Shown here piece after piece: positions 1 to 9,720 of a stretch of 64,000 nucleotides of DNA; position 1 is the first letter of the stretch, and each line of letters opens with the position of its first letter. The position numbers were made by a program, and so were the translations under genes. The DNA comes from Candidatus Daviesbacteria bacterium. Lineage in GTDB: Bacteria; Patescibacteriota; Microgenomatia; Daviesbacterales; UBA10151. The stretch spans positions 71,760 to 135,759 of the forward strand of contig JAQUSJ010000001.1 of assembly GCA_028715175.1 (NCBI GenBank), written 5' to 3'. The notes under the pieces are model-generated. The model did not search any database, was not told the origin of the DNA, and was given only the letters and a program-made list of their open reading frames with translations.

Positions 1-363
1 TTAGTTGATAGCGCATGGCAGATATTTTTGAAATCTCCGCTTTATGGTGTTGGTTTGAATAATTTTATTCCGGTGCAAGCTTCCGATTTAATTGCAGGTC
101 CAAACAGGTTTTTGCAACCAGTCCATAATATTTTTCTGCTGGCTTTGTCTGAAACAGGCATAATTGGTCTGATTGGACTAATAAGTCTAATTGGATTTCC
201 CTTTTTGTCATCCCGACGAATGTCGGGATCCATAAATAAAATGACAATTTTGTGGCTTCTTATTCTTTTTCTGGGTATGTTTGATCATTATTTTTTGACT
301 CTGCCGCAAGGATACAGGATATTATTTTTAATATGGGGATTATCATTCTCCATGGTAAAATAA
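1..363 (+). CDS. O-antigen ligase (Wzy_C) family protein, C-terminal part; the gene continues upstream of the window
   Basis: The open frame runs from position 1 with no stop. It has a hydrophobic TM-rich C-terminus and an 'SPLYGVGLNNF' motif typical of Wzy/O-antigen polymerase family proteins. Confidence 0.5.
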   Translation, partial: LVDSAWQIFLKSPLYGVGLNNFIPVQASDLIAGPNRFLQPVHNIFLLALSETGIIGLIGLISLIGFPFLSSRRMSGSINKMTILWLLILFLGMFDHYFLTLPQGYRILFLIWGLSFSMVK

Positions 364-367
364 TCCG

Positions 368-1582
368 GTGAACAGTATCTTTAAGACAATTCTTAAACAA
401 ACTTTTTGGCAGCTGCTGGGTAAGATTATCACTTCCCTTTCCACTTTTATAATTCTGGGACTGGTTGCGAGAAGTTACGGAAAAGAAGGAACAGGAACTT
501 TTACACTTGCTTTAACGTACCTCGCGATATTTTACCTTATATCTGATTTTGGATTTAATGCCCATGTTTTATCCAGCGCGCATGGTATAGAGCACAGGGT
601 ACAAAAAGAATGGAATAAATTACTGGGAACAAGAATTATCTGGTCCGGGATTCTGGTAATTCTGGCAGTCGGACTCTTGCCGTTTTGGCCATTTAGCACT
701 CCCCAATTTACTCAAGCTGTGTCTTTTGGCAGTTTTGCAATCATTGCTTTTGCAATATTTACTACGTGTAATTTAATTTTTCAAAATAAATTAAGATATG
801 ATCTTTCTGTTTTGGCGTCGATTTCGGGAACATTATTTAGCCTGGTAATTTTTATTGTGCTTATTTTTAATAAATTTTCGGTCCCTTTTTTGCTGATTGC
901 TCACCTGGCCGGCTGGATTGTTATTTCGCTGTCCGCGCTTCTCGTAATGAGGAAATTTTTGCATCATTTAACACCCCTTTTTAACTTTGAATATGCCTTG
1001 TTGCTGTTTAAAAAAAGCTGGCCAATCGGCGCGACGCTGACTTTAAACGTGTTATATTTCAGGGCCGATTCATTTATGATTGCTTATTTCAAATCTGTTG
1101 CAGATGTAGGAATTTATAACATTGCATATTCTATTTTTCAGACGGCGCTTGTTTTGCCGACTTTTGTTATGAATTCATATTATCCAATAATGCTCAAGTC
1201 TTTAGGCGGCGCTAAATCAGTTGCATTGAGTTTTTTGGGGTTTTCTCTCGCCGGCACTGTCTTGACGATTGTTTTATCACCCTTTGTAATATGGGCATTA
1301 ACAGGTGGTGGTTTTTCAGAGTCAATTAAATCTTTACAGATTTTGTCGTTTGGCTTTCCGGCGTACTTTCTTTCTTCTCTGTGTATGTGGATTTTGATTG
1401 CCAAAGGCAACTATAAAAAGACGTTTTTCATTTACACGTCTGGGCTGATTTTGAATTTAATTTTAAATTTTATTTATATACCTCAATACTCATACATTGC
1501 ATCTTCCTGGATAACGGTAATTTCAGAATACGCAATTTTGGGAATGCAAGTTATGGTATTATGGTTCGGAAAGAAAGTTTGA
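368..1582 (+). CDS. Polysaccharide biosynthesis protein / MOP-superfamily flippase (Wzx-like)
   Basis: 404-aa polytopic membrane protein with about 12 hydrophobic segments. It sits 5 nt after the ligase-like gene. Confidence 0.5.
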   Translation: MNSIFKTILKQTFWQLLGKIITSLSTFIILGLVARSYGKEGTGTFTLALTYLAIFYLISDFGFNAHVLSSAHGIEHRVQKEWNKLLGTRIIWSGILVILAVGLLPFWPFSTPQFTQAVSFGSFAIIAFAIFTTCNLIFQNKLRYDLSVLASISGTLFSLVIFIVLIFNKFSVPFLLIAHLAGWIVISLSALLVMRKFLHHLTPLFNFEYALLLFKKSWPIGATLTLNVLYFRADSFMIAYFKSVADVGIYNIAYSIFQTALVLPTFVMNSYYPIMLKSLGGAKSVALSFLGFSLAGTVLTIVLSPFVIWALTGGGFSESIKSLQILSFGFPAYFLSSLCMWILIAKGNYKKTFFIYTSGLILNLILNFIYIPQYSYIASSWITVISEYAILGMQVMVLWFGKKV

Positions 1583-1583
1583 T

Positions 1584-1643
1584 ACTAGACTCTAGAAACT
1601 AGATGATAGAATTTGAAGCTAGAGAATTGGAGATAGAAAATTT
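1584..1643. repeat. Intergenic array with strict 7-nt periodicity (ACTAGAC TCTAGAA ACTAGAT GATAGAA TTTGAAG CTAGAGA ATTGGAG ATAGAAA)
   Basis: Read directly between the flippase-like gene and rnhA. Confidence 0.7.
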
Positions 1644-1652
1644 CAAAATATT

Positions 1653-2060
1653 ATGAAGTTAATAATTTATACAGATGGAGCAGCCCGTGGTAATCCCGGA
1701 CCTGCCAGCTATGGTTTTACTATAGCTGATAGGAGAGGAAAACTCCTTTACCAAGAAGGTAAATATATTGGTGTTGCTACAAATAATGTGGCCGAATATA
1801 CTGCAGTGCTACAAGCGCTTGAATACATCAAGAAACAATATAAAGGTAAGAAGCTGGAAATTGAATTTTATGCTGACTCAAGGCTGGTAGTGGAACAGTT
1901 GTCAGGGAGGTATAAAGTTAAAAGTAAACATCTTAAGCCTATTACTCAGCAGATAAAGATTTTAGCAATTGAACTAGGCGGGGTATTATACAGTCACATA
2001 CCAAGATTCAAAAACTTTGAAGCAGACAGGTTAGCGAATTTAGCCCTCGATTCCCGTTAA
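1653..2060 (+). CDS. rnhA: Ribonuclease HI
   Basis: N-terminus 'IYTDGAARGNPGPASYG' and later 'YADSRLVVEQ' match RNase H type 1 catalytic motifs. Confidence 0.75.
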   Translation: MKLIIYTDGAARGNPGPASYGFTIADRRGKLLYQEGKYIGVATNNVAEYTAVLQALEYIKKQYKGKKLEIEFYADSRLVVEQLSGRYKVKSKHLKPITQQIKILAIELGGVLYSHIPRFKNFEADRLANLALDSR

Positions 2061-2062
2061 AA

Positions 2063-2084
2063 TGACATAGAATGTCACCTTTTA
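2063..2084 (+). terminator. Intrinsic terminator after rnhA (perfect 6-bp stem TGACAT/ATGTCA, loop AGA, then CCTTTTAT)
   Basis: A hairpin followed by a T-run is seen 3 nt after the rnhA stop. It could also act as an operator for the downstream gene. Confidence 0.45.
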
Positions 2085-2118
2085 TCTATATTGAAATTAT
2101 CAAGGATAGTGTTACGAT

Positions 2119-4998
2119 TTGCGCGTGGACGAAAAAGATAAATCTATCAATAGAAAAACTAGCATTTCGCTTTCGCGAAATAGCCCCGTGGCCTTAATTG
2201 TGGGCGCGGGAAGCTTTTTGGGATCTAGCTTATCAGATAAGCTGTTGGATAAAGGAATACAGGTTGTCGGGTTGGATGATTTAGAAAATGGCGAAAAGCG
2301 CAATTTAAGAAAGGCGGTTGAGAATAGAAATTTTCACCTGGTAATAGAATCTCCTGATAAGGTTAATCTGGATTTACCGCGACTCGATTATTTATTTATT
2401 ATCCCTTCAGACAAATGGAACCTTCAAAAGGTTTTAGAGCTATTTAAGGAAACTAAATGTAGATGCTTGCTGGTTTCGTCAATCCTGCTTTATGAAAAAG
2501 AACACGAAGATCAAGAAACGAAATTATTAAAGGAGCTGGAAACAAAAATTGCAAAGCATGCCAGCGAATATAAACTAAACGCAAGAATTTTAAGACTGGG
2601 TCCTGTTTATGGTCCAAGGATGAATTTTAAAACCAGGGATCCTTTGATAAAGTTAATTCAACAGAGTTTAACAGGGGAGTTACAAAAACAGGTTTCACTG
2701 GAATTTTCCTCAAGGGCGCTTTTTATTTCCGATGCAGTTGATTTGGCAGTCAAGACTATTTTTTCCGGCGCCACTTCACAAAAAATCTTTGACGGAGTAC
2801 TGCCCACTCCGATCAAGATTTCGGAAGCAAAACAAGTGCTGCTGGACCCCGTTTGGCATGAAAGTCGCGGGTTTAGCCTTTCTGAGCTTCCGCCCTGGCC
2901 AACGCCTAATTTGGATAAAACTATTAAACTTTTAAACTGGAACCCCCGAGCGAAACTGGTGACAAGCTTAAAAGAGACCTTAAAGTTTTTTAAGGATAAC
3001 GAGATTCAAGTACCAAAATTGGAAGATGGAGGATTGAAACTTGAAGATGAAAGAGAAGAGGATAAATGGCGGGAAGAAAAACAGGAGGATTTGACGGCGT
3101 TCAAACAAACAACCGGGACATCCGGTGAAAAATCAAAAAAGGGAATACGTCTATTTAAATATCTATTTCCTTTATCAAAAATATACTTATTTTTAGTGAT
3201 CGCTCTGGTGACATATGCGATTTTGTGGCCCGGTTTAATTTTCGGGTGGGGTATTTTTACTTTCAGCAGTCAATTAAATGAGGGCTTTAAGAATTTGCAA
3301 AAAGGGGATTTTGAAAAAAGTCTTATGAATGTTCATATAGCCAACAGCCGGGTAAAGGCGGCAAAATCAATATTCGACAGTCTGGAACCGGTCAAAAAAA
3401 CAGGCTGGTTTGATAGCGGGTTTGCGACGGGTGAAAATTTATTTGATTTATCATTTCTGTCAGCTGATGCAGCTAAAAATACAATCTTAGGGGTCCAATC
3501 GCTTTTGCAAAGTTTAAAGGCGGTAACAGGCGAAAAGACAGAGTCTCCTTCGGAATATTTTGATTCTGCGCAAATCGCGCTAAACTTGGCAGCGGAGGAT
3601 CTTGCAAAAGCAAATGCGCTTTTGAAAGAAAAAAACTTCAGGCAACAACTGCCAAAGATTTTTTCCCCGCGAATCGAAAATATGGCAAGGGAAATTTCAC
3701 TTTATACAAACTTAGTAGGTAAGGCTCAGGCAATGAGCATCCTTCTTCCGAAGTTGACAGGGTTGGATGGCAGTAAAGCTTATTTAATACTGCTGCAAAA
3801 TAATATGGAGCTTCGCCCGGGCGGGGGATTCATCGGGTCTTTCGCCAAAGTTTCCTTTGAGGGAGGCAAGCTAAAAAATTTAGATGTTAATGATATCTAC
3901 GCAATAGACGGACTTTTGAGTATTCATGTTGAACCGCCAAAAGAAATCAAGGAAGATTTGGGTCAAAAAGACTGGTTTTTGCGAGACTGCAACTGGGAAC
4001 CGGATTTTCCTACCAGCGCCCGGCAAGCCGAGTGGTTTTATACCAAAGAAACAGGGGAGAGGGTTGAGGGTGTGGTGGCCTTGGATGTTTCGGCAATTGA
4101 GGGATTATTAGATATTGTCGGACCGCTGGATTTACCGGATTACAACGAAAAAATTACAGCCGATAACCTGTTTGAAAGAGCGATATCTCATTCGGAACTC
4201 AGTTTTTTCCCTGGATCACAGGCCAAAAAAAGCTTTCTAACGGCCCTAGCAAATCAACTGTTTAATAAAATATTCTTTTTACCTCAAAACAACTGGCCCG
4301 GGATTATCTCGGCACTGGGTAAAGGTTTGGACGAAAAACATATCAGTATTTATTTAAACGATACAAAGCTGTTTTCGTATTTGGCAGCGCAGCGCTGGAT
4401 ACATGATCTACCGCGACAATCAACCCGGGAAAATGATTTTTTGAGCGTAGTTGAAGCAAATTTGGGGGCAAATAAAGCCAATTATTATCTTGATAAAAAC
4501 TACAAGCTGGAAACCGTTGTCGGCAAAGATGGGGAAATTCAACACCGGTTGCGTATAAATTATATTAACAGGAGTCCTTCGGATGCTTTCCCGGGTGGAA
4601 AATATAAAAACAGGATGCGTATTTATCTGCCGTTTGGCAGCAAGCTAACAAGGGCTTTATGGGGCGAAGGGGATATTACCAAAGATGTAACTGGTTTTGT
4701 AGATTACGGCAGGTCAGGCTATTCTATGCTTTTGGAGCTTTTGCCTAAAGAACAAAAGACTCTTGTGTTGGACTACTCGGTGCCTGTGAAATTAGAGTTT
4801 CAGGATGGGAAAACAAATTACAGGTTGGATATTATTAAACAGGCAGGCACATTGAAAGATCCATTGCAGTGGACCATCACTTATCCGATTAACTATCAAC
4901 TAGTGTCATCCCAAGTGAGTAAAATCGGCCCACAGGAACAAATCATTCAAACAGATCTATCCAAAGATCGAAGTTTTGAGGTAGAATTTAAAAAATGA
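2119..4998 (+). CDS. Fusion protein: N-terminal NAD-dependent epimerase/dehydratase-like Rossmann domain plus C-terminal DUF4012 domain
   Basis: 'LIVGAGSFLGSSL' is a glycine-rich Rossmann motif. Mid-protein TM segment. The motif 'LRPGGGFIGSFAKVSFEGGKL' is characteristic of DUF4012. TTG start. Confidence 0.6.
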   Translation: MRVDEKDKSINRKTSISLSRNSPVALIVGAGSFLGSSLSDKLLDKGIQVVGLDDLENGEKRNLRKAVENRNFHLVIESPDKVNLDLPRLDYLFIIPSDKWNLQKVLELFKETKCRCLLVSSILLYEKEHEDQETKLLKELETKIAKHASEYKLNARILRLGPVYGPRMNFKTRDPLIKLIQQSLTGELQKQVSLEFSSRALFISDAVDLAVKTIFSGATSQKIFDGVLPTPIKISEAKQVLLDPVWHESRGFSLSELPPWPTPNLDKTIKLLNWNPRAKLVTSLKETLKFFKDNEIQVPKLEDGGLKLEDEREEDKWREEKQEDLTAFKQTTGTSGEKSKKGIRLFKYLFPLSKIYLFLVIALVTYAILWPGLIFGWGIFTFSSQLNEGFKNLQKGDFEKSLMNVHIANSRVKAAKSIFDSLEPVKKTGWFDSGFATGENLFDLSFLSADAAKNTILGVQSLLQSLKAVTGEKTESPSEYFDSAQIALNLAAEDLAKANALLKEKNFRQQLPKIFSPRIENMAREISLYTNLVGKAQAMSILLPKLTGLDGSKAYLILLQNNMELRPGGGFIGSFAKVSFEGGKLKNLDVNDIYAIDGLLSIHVEPPKEIKEDLGQKDWFLRDCNWEPDFPTSARQAEWFYTKETGERVEGVVALDVSAIEGLLDIVGPLDLPDYNEKITADNLFERAISHSELSFFPGSQAKKSFLTALANQLFNKIFFLPQNNWPGIISALGKGLDEKHISIYLNDTKLFSYLAAQRWIHDLPRQSTRENDFLSVVEANLGANKANYYLDKNYKLETVVGKDGEIQHRLRINYINRSPSDAFPGGKYKNRMRIYLPFGSKLTRALWGEGDITKDVTGFVDYGRSGYSMLLELLPKEQKTLVLDYSVPVKLEFQDGKTNYRLDIIKQAGTLKDPLQWTITYPINYQLVSSQVSKIGPQEQIIQTDLSKDRSFEVEFKK

Positions 4999-5255
4999 AT
5001 AATATTCCTACTGAAACTTTGGGGTTAATTGCAGGAGGGTTTGTGGTTTTTGCCTCATTGCCTCAGATTTTAAAAATTATTAAAACTAAAAGAACAACCG
5101 ATATTTCGCTTCCCATGTATATTGCTTTAAATATAGGCACGTTTCTGTGGTTAGTGTATGGTTTTTTGACACAACAGATGGCATTAATCATTACAAATGT
5201 TATCTTTCAAATTTTTAACCTGACAATTCTATTTCTTAAGATTAAACACGGATAA
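4995..5255 (+). CDS. SemiSWEET / PQ-loop sugar transporter family protein
   Basis: 86 aa with three TM helices and the 'SLPQILKIIKTK' PQ-loop motif. ATGA overlap with the upstream gene. Confidence 0.6.
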   Translation: MNNIPTETLGLIAGGFVVFASLPQILKIIKTKRTTDISLPMYIALNIGTFLWLVYGFLTQQMALIITNVIFQIFNLTILFLKIKHG

Positions 5256-5304
5256 TCAAGCGACCCTTGCCGGGCAAGCTCAAATATGGTAAATTACCAA
5301 GATT

Positions 5305-6057
5305 ATGGATAGATTAAGTTTGAAAGCCGAAGAAAGAAAAATTTTAGGCAAAAAAGTTAAAAAACTACGTCAAGACGGCCAACTCCCGGGTCATGTCTTT
5401 GGCAAGGGAGTGGAAAGCGAATCAGTTTGCGTTGATGGAAAAACATTCTTAAAAACTTTCAAAGAAGCAGGGGAAACCGGTTTAATTGATTTGAAGATTG
5501 GGGCTGAGAAGGTCAGGCCGGTAATGGTGCGGGGAGTGCAATATGATCCTGTTTCAGGTGAGCCCATACATATTGATTTTTATCAAGTCAATTTAAGCGA
5601 AAAAGTTAAGGTCCCGGTGCCCTTAGTTTTAATTGGGGAACAGCCGGAATCGGTTAAATTAGGAGAGACCATTGTTCTGCAAACCTTAAACGAGATTGAG
5701 GTGGAAGCTTTACCAACAGATCTGGTGGAGAAAATTGAGGTAGATATTTCTTCTTTGCAAAATATTGATGATGCCATAACTGTTGGGCAGCTGCAATTTG
5801 ATAAAGATAAGTTAACAATTCAGGTTCCGGGAGAAGAGATTGTGGTAAAACTGGCTCCTGCTGTGACAGCAGAGATGGAGAAACTCTTGGAAGAGCAAGC
5901 TGCGGAAGCTGCGGCTGTGGCTGCTGAAACAGGAGCAGAAGAAACTGAAGCAGGAGCTGTGCCTGCGGAAGGCGAAGTTCCGGTTGAAGGAGAAGTAGCT
6001 GAACAAAAAACTGAAGCTGGAGAGCAGGAATCAACCGAAGAATCTTCAGCAGAATAA
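5305..6057 (+). CDS. rplY: 50S ribosomal protein L25 / general stress protein Ctc, with a long acidic C-terminal tail
   Basis: 'KAEERKILGKKVKKLRQDGQLPGHVFGKG' and 'IHIDFYQV' are typical of bL25/Ctc. The E/A-rich tail is low complexity. Confidence 0.8.
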   Translation: MDRLSLKAEERKILGKKVKKLRQDGQLPGHVFGKGVESESVCVDGKTFLKTFKEAGETGLIDLKIGAEKVRPVMVRGVQYDPVSGEPIHIDFYQVNLSEKVKVPVPLVLIGEQPESVKLGETIVLQTLNEIEVEALPTDLVEKIEVDISSLQNIDDAITVGQLQFDKDKLTIQVPGEEIVVKLAPAVTAEMEKLLEEQAAEAAAVAAETGAEETEAGAVPAEGEVPVEGEVAEQKTEAGEQESTEESSAE

Positions 6058-6070
6058 TCTACACACTTGT

Positions 6071-6508
6071 ATGCATCACGTAGAGCAAGGAAATCCATTT
6101 TATATCTTTCATTGTCCTCGCGCGGCGTTCACTCTAGCAGATATTGGTGGAACTCCATTTGGCGATGAATCAGAGAGGTCAAGCGTTTTCTCGGCTTTAA
6201 TCCAACCTGGAGTTGTAGTTATCGCCACGATAGATACGAATAATGATGTTGAGCAGCTTGCCCCAGATACATATGTCCGGTGTATAAGCACAGGCTACTA
6301 TTTATTAGGCTGTTGGCATCGCAGATTGGATGGTAATGGTTCTTATCTTTTCTATCCAGATGTTACTGAGTTTAGACCTGAGATGATATTAACTGGTTCT
6401 GATATGGTAATGTTTACCAGAAGACATCAAAAATTTAATGATAAAAGTATACCTTATCATAGAATATATCAATTATATTGTGTTTTTGATGCGGCTAATC
6501 TGCGTTAA
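6071..6508 (+). CDS. Hypothetical protein
   Basis: 145-aa ORF with no recognisable motif and no ribosome-binding site. It is convergent with the four-helix-bundle gene. Confidence 0.25.
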   Translation: MHHVEQGNPFYIFHCPRAAFTLADIGGTPFGDESERSSVFSALIQPGVVVIATIDTNNDVEQLAPDTYVRCISTGYYLLGCWHRRLDGNGSYLFYPDVTEFRPEMILTGSDMVMFTRRHQKFNDKSIPYHRIYQLYCVFDAANLR

Positions 6509-6527
6509 TTTTGCGGGAATTGGATCC

Positions 6528-6562
6528 AAAAAGTAACAAGTAACAGGTTTTTAAGTAACAAG
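6528..6562. repeat. Heptamer array (GTAACAA-like units); inverted partner of 6826-6860
   Basis: 'agtaacaagtaacaggtttttaagtaacaagtt' is read directly. Its reverse complement recurs at 6826-6860, so the pair flanks the four-helix-bundle gene. Confidence 0.6.
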
Positions 6563-6841
6563 TTATTTTTGAGAGAGAAAAAGCTTCCAGATGATACGAC
6601 CGGTTTCTTCACGAAGCAACATTATTTCATTATACCGATCTTGTCGTATAAATTTCCTTTTAAAAGCAAAATCCAATAAGTATTCTGTTTCTGCTAAAGA
6701 ACCTAAAGCAATAGATAAGAAACGATGGAATTCCTTCCTATTGTTTCTAGCATGGCCTTCGACTATATTCGTAGGTACAGAAAGAGCAGCTCTTTGTAAC
6801 TGTGACACCAGTCCAAATAATTCCTTATTATTACTTGTCAC
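6563..6841 (-). CDS. Four-helix-bundle protein (23S rRNA intervening-sequence protein family, PF05635-like; Avd-like fold)
   Basis: 'VPTNIVEGHARNNRKEFHRFLSIALGSLAETEYLLDFA' is the signature of this family. Confidence 0.75.
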   Translation of the reverse strand: MTSNNKELFGLVSQLQRAALSVPTNIVEGHARNNRKEFHRFLSIALGSLAETEYLLDFAFKRKFIRQDRYNEIMLLREETGRIIWKLFLSQK

Positions 6842-6860
6842 TTTTGTACTTGTTACTCAG
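6826..6860. repeat. Heptamer array (TTGTTAC-like units); inverted partner of 6528-6562
   Basis: 'ttattacttgtcacttttgtacttgttactcag'. Confidence 0.55.
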
Positions 6861-9006
6861 TGGCTTTTGGCCACGATGTTACCATAATAGACTTGCCTTG
6901 ATGAGGCAATCTCTGCCAGAGCTCTTCTGTGATAAAGGGCATAAATGGATGTAAAAGCTCTAAACAAGTCCTGAAAACATATTCCAAAACAGGTTGAGCT
7001 TCGGCTCGTCGGTCTTTGGTGGATTCAATATACTTGTCTGCAAACTCATGCCAGATGAATTCATAAAGGGTATCTGCTGCATCATGAAACCGGTAAGAAT
7101 TGATAGCTTTTGAGGTGACTTCTATAGTTTTGGATAATTTTTCCAGGATATCCTCATCGTCCGGATTTATATTGTCATTCTGGGGAGCGTTAGCGACTCT
7201 AGAATCTGATTCTGGACAAGCCAGAATGACAGAGGGGTTTAGATGTTTTGCGTCATCCGGAGCAAAGTCAACGATAAATCTGCCGATATTCCAAAGTTTA
7301 TTGGTAAAGTTTCTCATGGCTTGCAGTTTAGGGTGCGAGAGGGATTGATCATGGCCAAAAGCAGTGCCATATACTAAAGCTAATCTGGCAGCATCTGCCC
7401 CGTATTGATCGGCAATATCCATAGGTGAAACCACATTATTTTTGGATTTGCTCATTTTTTTACCCAACGGATCAAGGACCATACCATGCAAAACAATATC
7501 CTCAAATGGAATTTTGCCTGTTGCATAAATTCCCATCATGACCATCCTGGCCACCCAGAAAAATAAAATATCACGGCCGGTTTCCATGATTGTAGTGGGA
7601 TAAAATTTTTCAAAATCCCCTGGGCGTGTGGTTTGTAAAGTAGCGAAGGGCCACTGACCGGATGAAAACCAGGTATCAAAAACATCTGGGTCTCTTTCCA
7701 ATAATTTACTGTTACAGTTAGGACATTTTGGCGGAGTTTCCCCTTCAGTGACTATCCATTGGTCGCAACCGTTGCAAAACCAGGCCGGGATTTGTATGCC
7801 CCAGACAATTTGGCGGGAGATATTCCAGTCTTTGATATTTTTTAACCAGTTAAAGTAAGTCTTTTCAAAATTCTTGGGGTAGATTTTAATTTCACCTTTT
7901 TTAATAACCTCGATGGCCGCTTTAGCCAGCTCTGCCGTTTTAATAAACCATTGCTCCGAGGGCAGTGGTTCTATTTCAGTGCCGCATTTATAACAAACAC
8001 CGACCCGGTTTTTATAATTTTCATCTATTTTTTCAATTAAGTTCTTTTCCAGCATTTCTTTGGCAATGGCTGCTCGAGCCTCTTTTACAGTCATGCCGGA
8101 AAATTTGCCGGTTTTCTCATTTAACCTGCCGTCATAGCCAATCACTTGCCGGATTTCTAAATTATGCCGTTGTCCTATTTCAAAATCCAACATAGAATGA
8201 GCAGGGGTGACTTTGATAACTCCGGTTCCAAATTCCGGATCAACTGCGCTGTCAGCAATAACTTTGATTTTGGCGGGTCCCAGGACTGTTTCTATATCAA
8301 TTATTTTGCCAATGTATTTTTGGTAGCGGGAATCATCAGGGTGTACTGCCACGGCAGTATCACCGAATTTGGTTTCCAGCCTGGTGGTAGCCAGTGTCAG
8401 TGGTCCGTATTTAATGTAGTAAAGTGGGCTAATTCGGTCTTCGTATAGAACTTCCAGGTCAGAAAAGCTGGTGCCGTGTTTGGTGCAGAAGTTGACAATC
8501 CGGTTCCCCCGATAAACCAAACCGTCGTCAAACATTTTTTTAAAAGTCTTGTAAACAATTTTGATAATGTCCGGATCAAGGGTAAATTTCTCTCTTGACC
8601 AATCCAGGGAAAAGCCTAATCTACGCAGTTGTCCCTCCATTTCGCCTTTATTGTTTTGGACAAAATCCCAAATCATTTGGTAAAGCGTTTCTCGGTCAAA
8701 ATCAAAACGGGATTTGCCCTTTTTTTCCAGCTCTTTTTCAAAAACCACTTGAGTTTCAAATCCGGCATGGTCTGAACCAGGTAACCAGAGAGCTGAATCA
8801 CCCAACATGCGGTGAAATCTTATTAAAATATCCTCTACCACATACATGGCATGGCCAAAATGCAAGGGAGCATTGGCATTGGGAGGGGGAAGGATGATAG
8901 TGTAAGGTCTGCCTTTAGGGTGTATTTCAGGTTTAAAAAACCCCAGACCTTCCCAAAATTTATACCATTTAGATTCTACTTTTGTTTGGTCATAAGTTTT
9001 ATCCAT
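6853..9006 (-). CDS. valS: Valine--tRNA ligase (class I aaRS, compact form without a long C-terminal coiled coil)
   Basis: HIGH-type motif 'PPPNANAPLHFGHA', 'KMSKSKNNVV', an editing-domain-sized insertion and the anticodon-binding region. Confidence 0.7.
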   Translation of the reverse strand: MDKTYDQTKVESKWYKFWEGLGFFKPEIHPKGRPYTIILPPPNANAPLHFGHAMYVVEDILIRFHRMLGDSALWLPGSDHAGFETQVVFEKELEKKGKSRFDFDRETLYQMIWDFVQNNKGEMEGQLRRLGFSLDWSREKFTLDPDIIKIVYKTFKKMFDDGLVYRGNRIVNFCTKHGTSFSDLEVLYEDRISPLYYIKYGPLTLATTRLETKFGDTAVAVHPDDSRYQKYIGKIIDIETVLGPAKIKVIADSAVDPEFGTGVIKVTPAHSMLDFEIGQRHNLEIRQVIGYDGRLNEKTGKFSGMTVKEARAAIAKEMLEKNLIEKIDENYKNRVGVCYKCGTEIEPLPSEQWFIKTAELAKAAIEVIKKGEIKIYPKNFEKTYFNWLKNIKDWNISRQIVWGIQIPAWFCNGCDQWIVTEGETPPKCPNCNSKLLERDPDVFDTWFSSGQWPFATLQTTRPGDFEKFYPTTIMETGRDILFFWVARMVMMGIYATGKIPFEDIVLHGMVLDPLGKKMSKSKNNVVSPMDIADQYGADAARLALVYGTAFGHDQSLSHPKLQAMRNFTNKLWNIGRFIVDFAPDDAKHLNPSVILACPESDSRVANAPQNDNINPDDEDILEKLSKTIEVTSKAINSYRFHDAADTLYEFIWHEFADKYIESTKDRRAEAQPVLEYVFRTCLELLHPFMPFITEELWQRLPHQGKSIMVTSWPKATE

Positions 9007-9027
9007 GGAGTAAGTATAGAGGTAAGC

Positions 9028-9381
9028 CTAGTTTTGGTCAATTAGAGAGTAGGGATAAGGGAGTTTTTCAAGTTTCACCCATTCCCATTGGTCCATAAGA
9101 TGAGCAGGACTAGAGATAAGCGGGTCAACTAGAGTATCAGGAAAAAAGCAGAAGCGGCGTCGGGCAAGGTAATTACAGGAAACAGGGATTTCATCCAAAT
9201 CAAAAGTTTCACGACGCCCATTTAGTAAACGAACTACCATGAAACGGTTACCATCATTGTCGGTCAATATCCAATAGCGACTACAATAAATGTGATTTCG
9301 GCCTAAAATGTCGGTCGAGATATGATCTTCGCTCCCTACTAAATGTTCTTGAGATTCTTCTCCGATGTTTTCTATCCCCAT
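9028..9381 (-). CDS. Hypothetical protein (orphan ORF in a compositionally atypical segment)
   Basis: 117-aa ORF; local GC is higher than the flanks; no motif recognised. Confidence 0.2.
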   Translation of the reverse strand: MGIENIGEESQEHLVGSEDHISTDILGRNHIYCSRYWILTDNDGNRFMVVRLLNGRRETFDLDEIPVSCNYLARRRFCFFPDTLVDPLISSPAHLMDQWEWVKLEKLPYPYSLIDQN

Positions 9382-9411
9382 AAAATAGGCCCAAGGAGCA
9401 GTAAGGGAATT

Positions 9412-9696
9412 TTAAAAATTGATTGAGGTCATGTCAAGTTTAGTATTGTAAAGTCTAGTCAATGTTGGTTCGCGTCGACTACCGCCACAAGCGTAGGCGT
9501 CTTGTTGTATTGTAGCTCTCTTCCCAGAAGAAAATCCGTATCTTATTAAGATTCGGTCTCCTGGATCAAGTTGGACACAAGCCCCGGGGGTTCTTAAAAA
9601 TGCATTATTCTTGCCTCTAATAACAGAAGCGTTTGGTATTTTAGACCAGTTGTTAGGCGGACGATAAAATACTACATCAGACAACTCTTTCTCCAT
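9412..9696 (-). CDS. Hypothetical protein (orphan ORF)
   Basis: 94-aa ORF whose start abuts the tsaD terminator, with no ribosome-binding site. It may be non-coding. Confidence 0.15.
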   Translation of the reverse strand: MEKELSDVVFYRPPNNWSKIPNASVIRGKNNAFLRTPGACVQLDPGDRILIRYGFSSGKRATIQQDAYACGGSRREPTLTRLYNTKLDMTSINF

Positions 9697-9720
9697 AAAA
9701 ATAGGCCCTTATGGGGCTTT
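9697..9720 (-). terminator. Putative intrinsic terminator of tsaD (GCCCC-ATAA-GGGC hairpin plus T-run on the minus strand)
   Basis: Reverse complement 'aaagccccataagggcctattttta' lies about 40 nt after the tsaD stop. Confidence 0.35.

Noticed and set aside
5860-6057. Acidic E/A-rich tail of rplY as a separate feature or repeat
   Set aside because: It is a simple low-complexity extension common in Ctc/L25 proteins and does not have the repeat structure seen elsewhere.
6563-6841. Possible diversity-generating retroelement (the four-helix-bundle protein acting as Avd)
   Set aside because: There is no reverse transcriptase gene and no template/variable repeat pair anywhere nearby. The neighbours are valS and a motif-less ORF.
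9007-9420. T-box riboswitch leader for valS
   Set aside because: The conserved T-box sequence (AAUUAGGGUGGNACCGCG) and the specifier or antiterminator architecture were not found on the valS strand.
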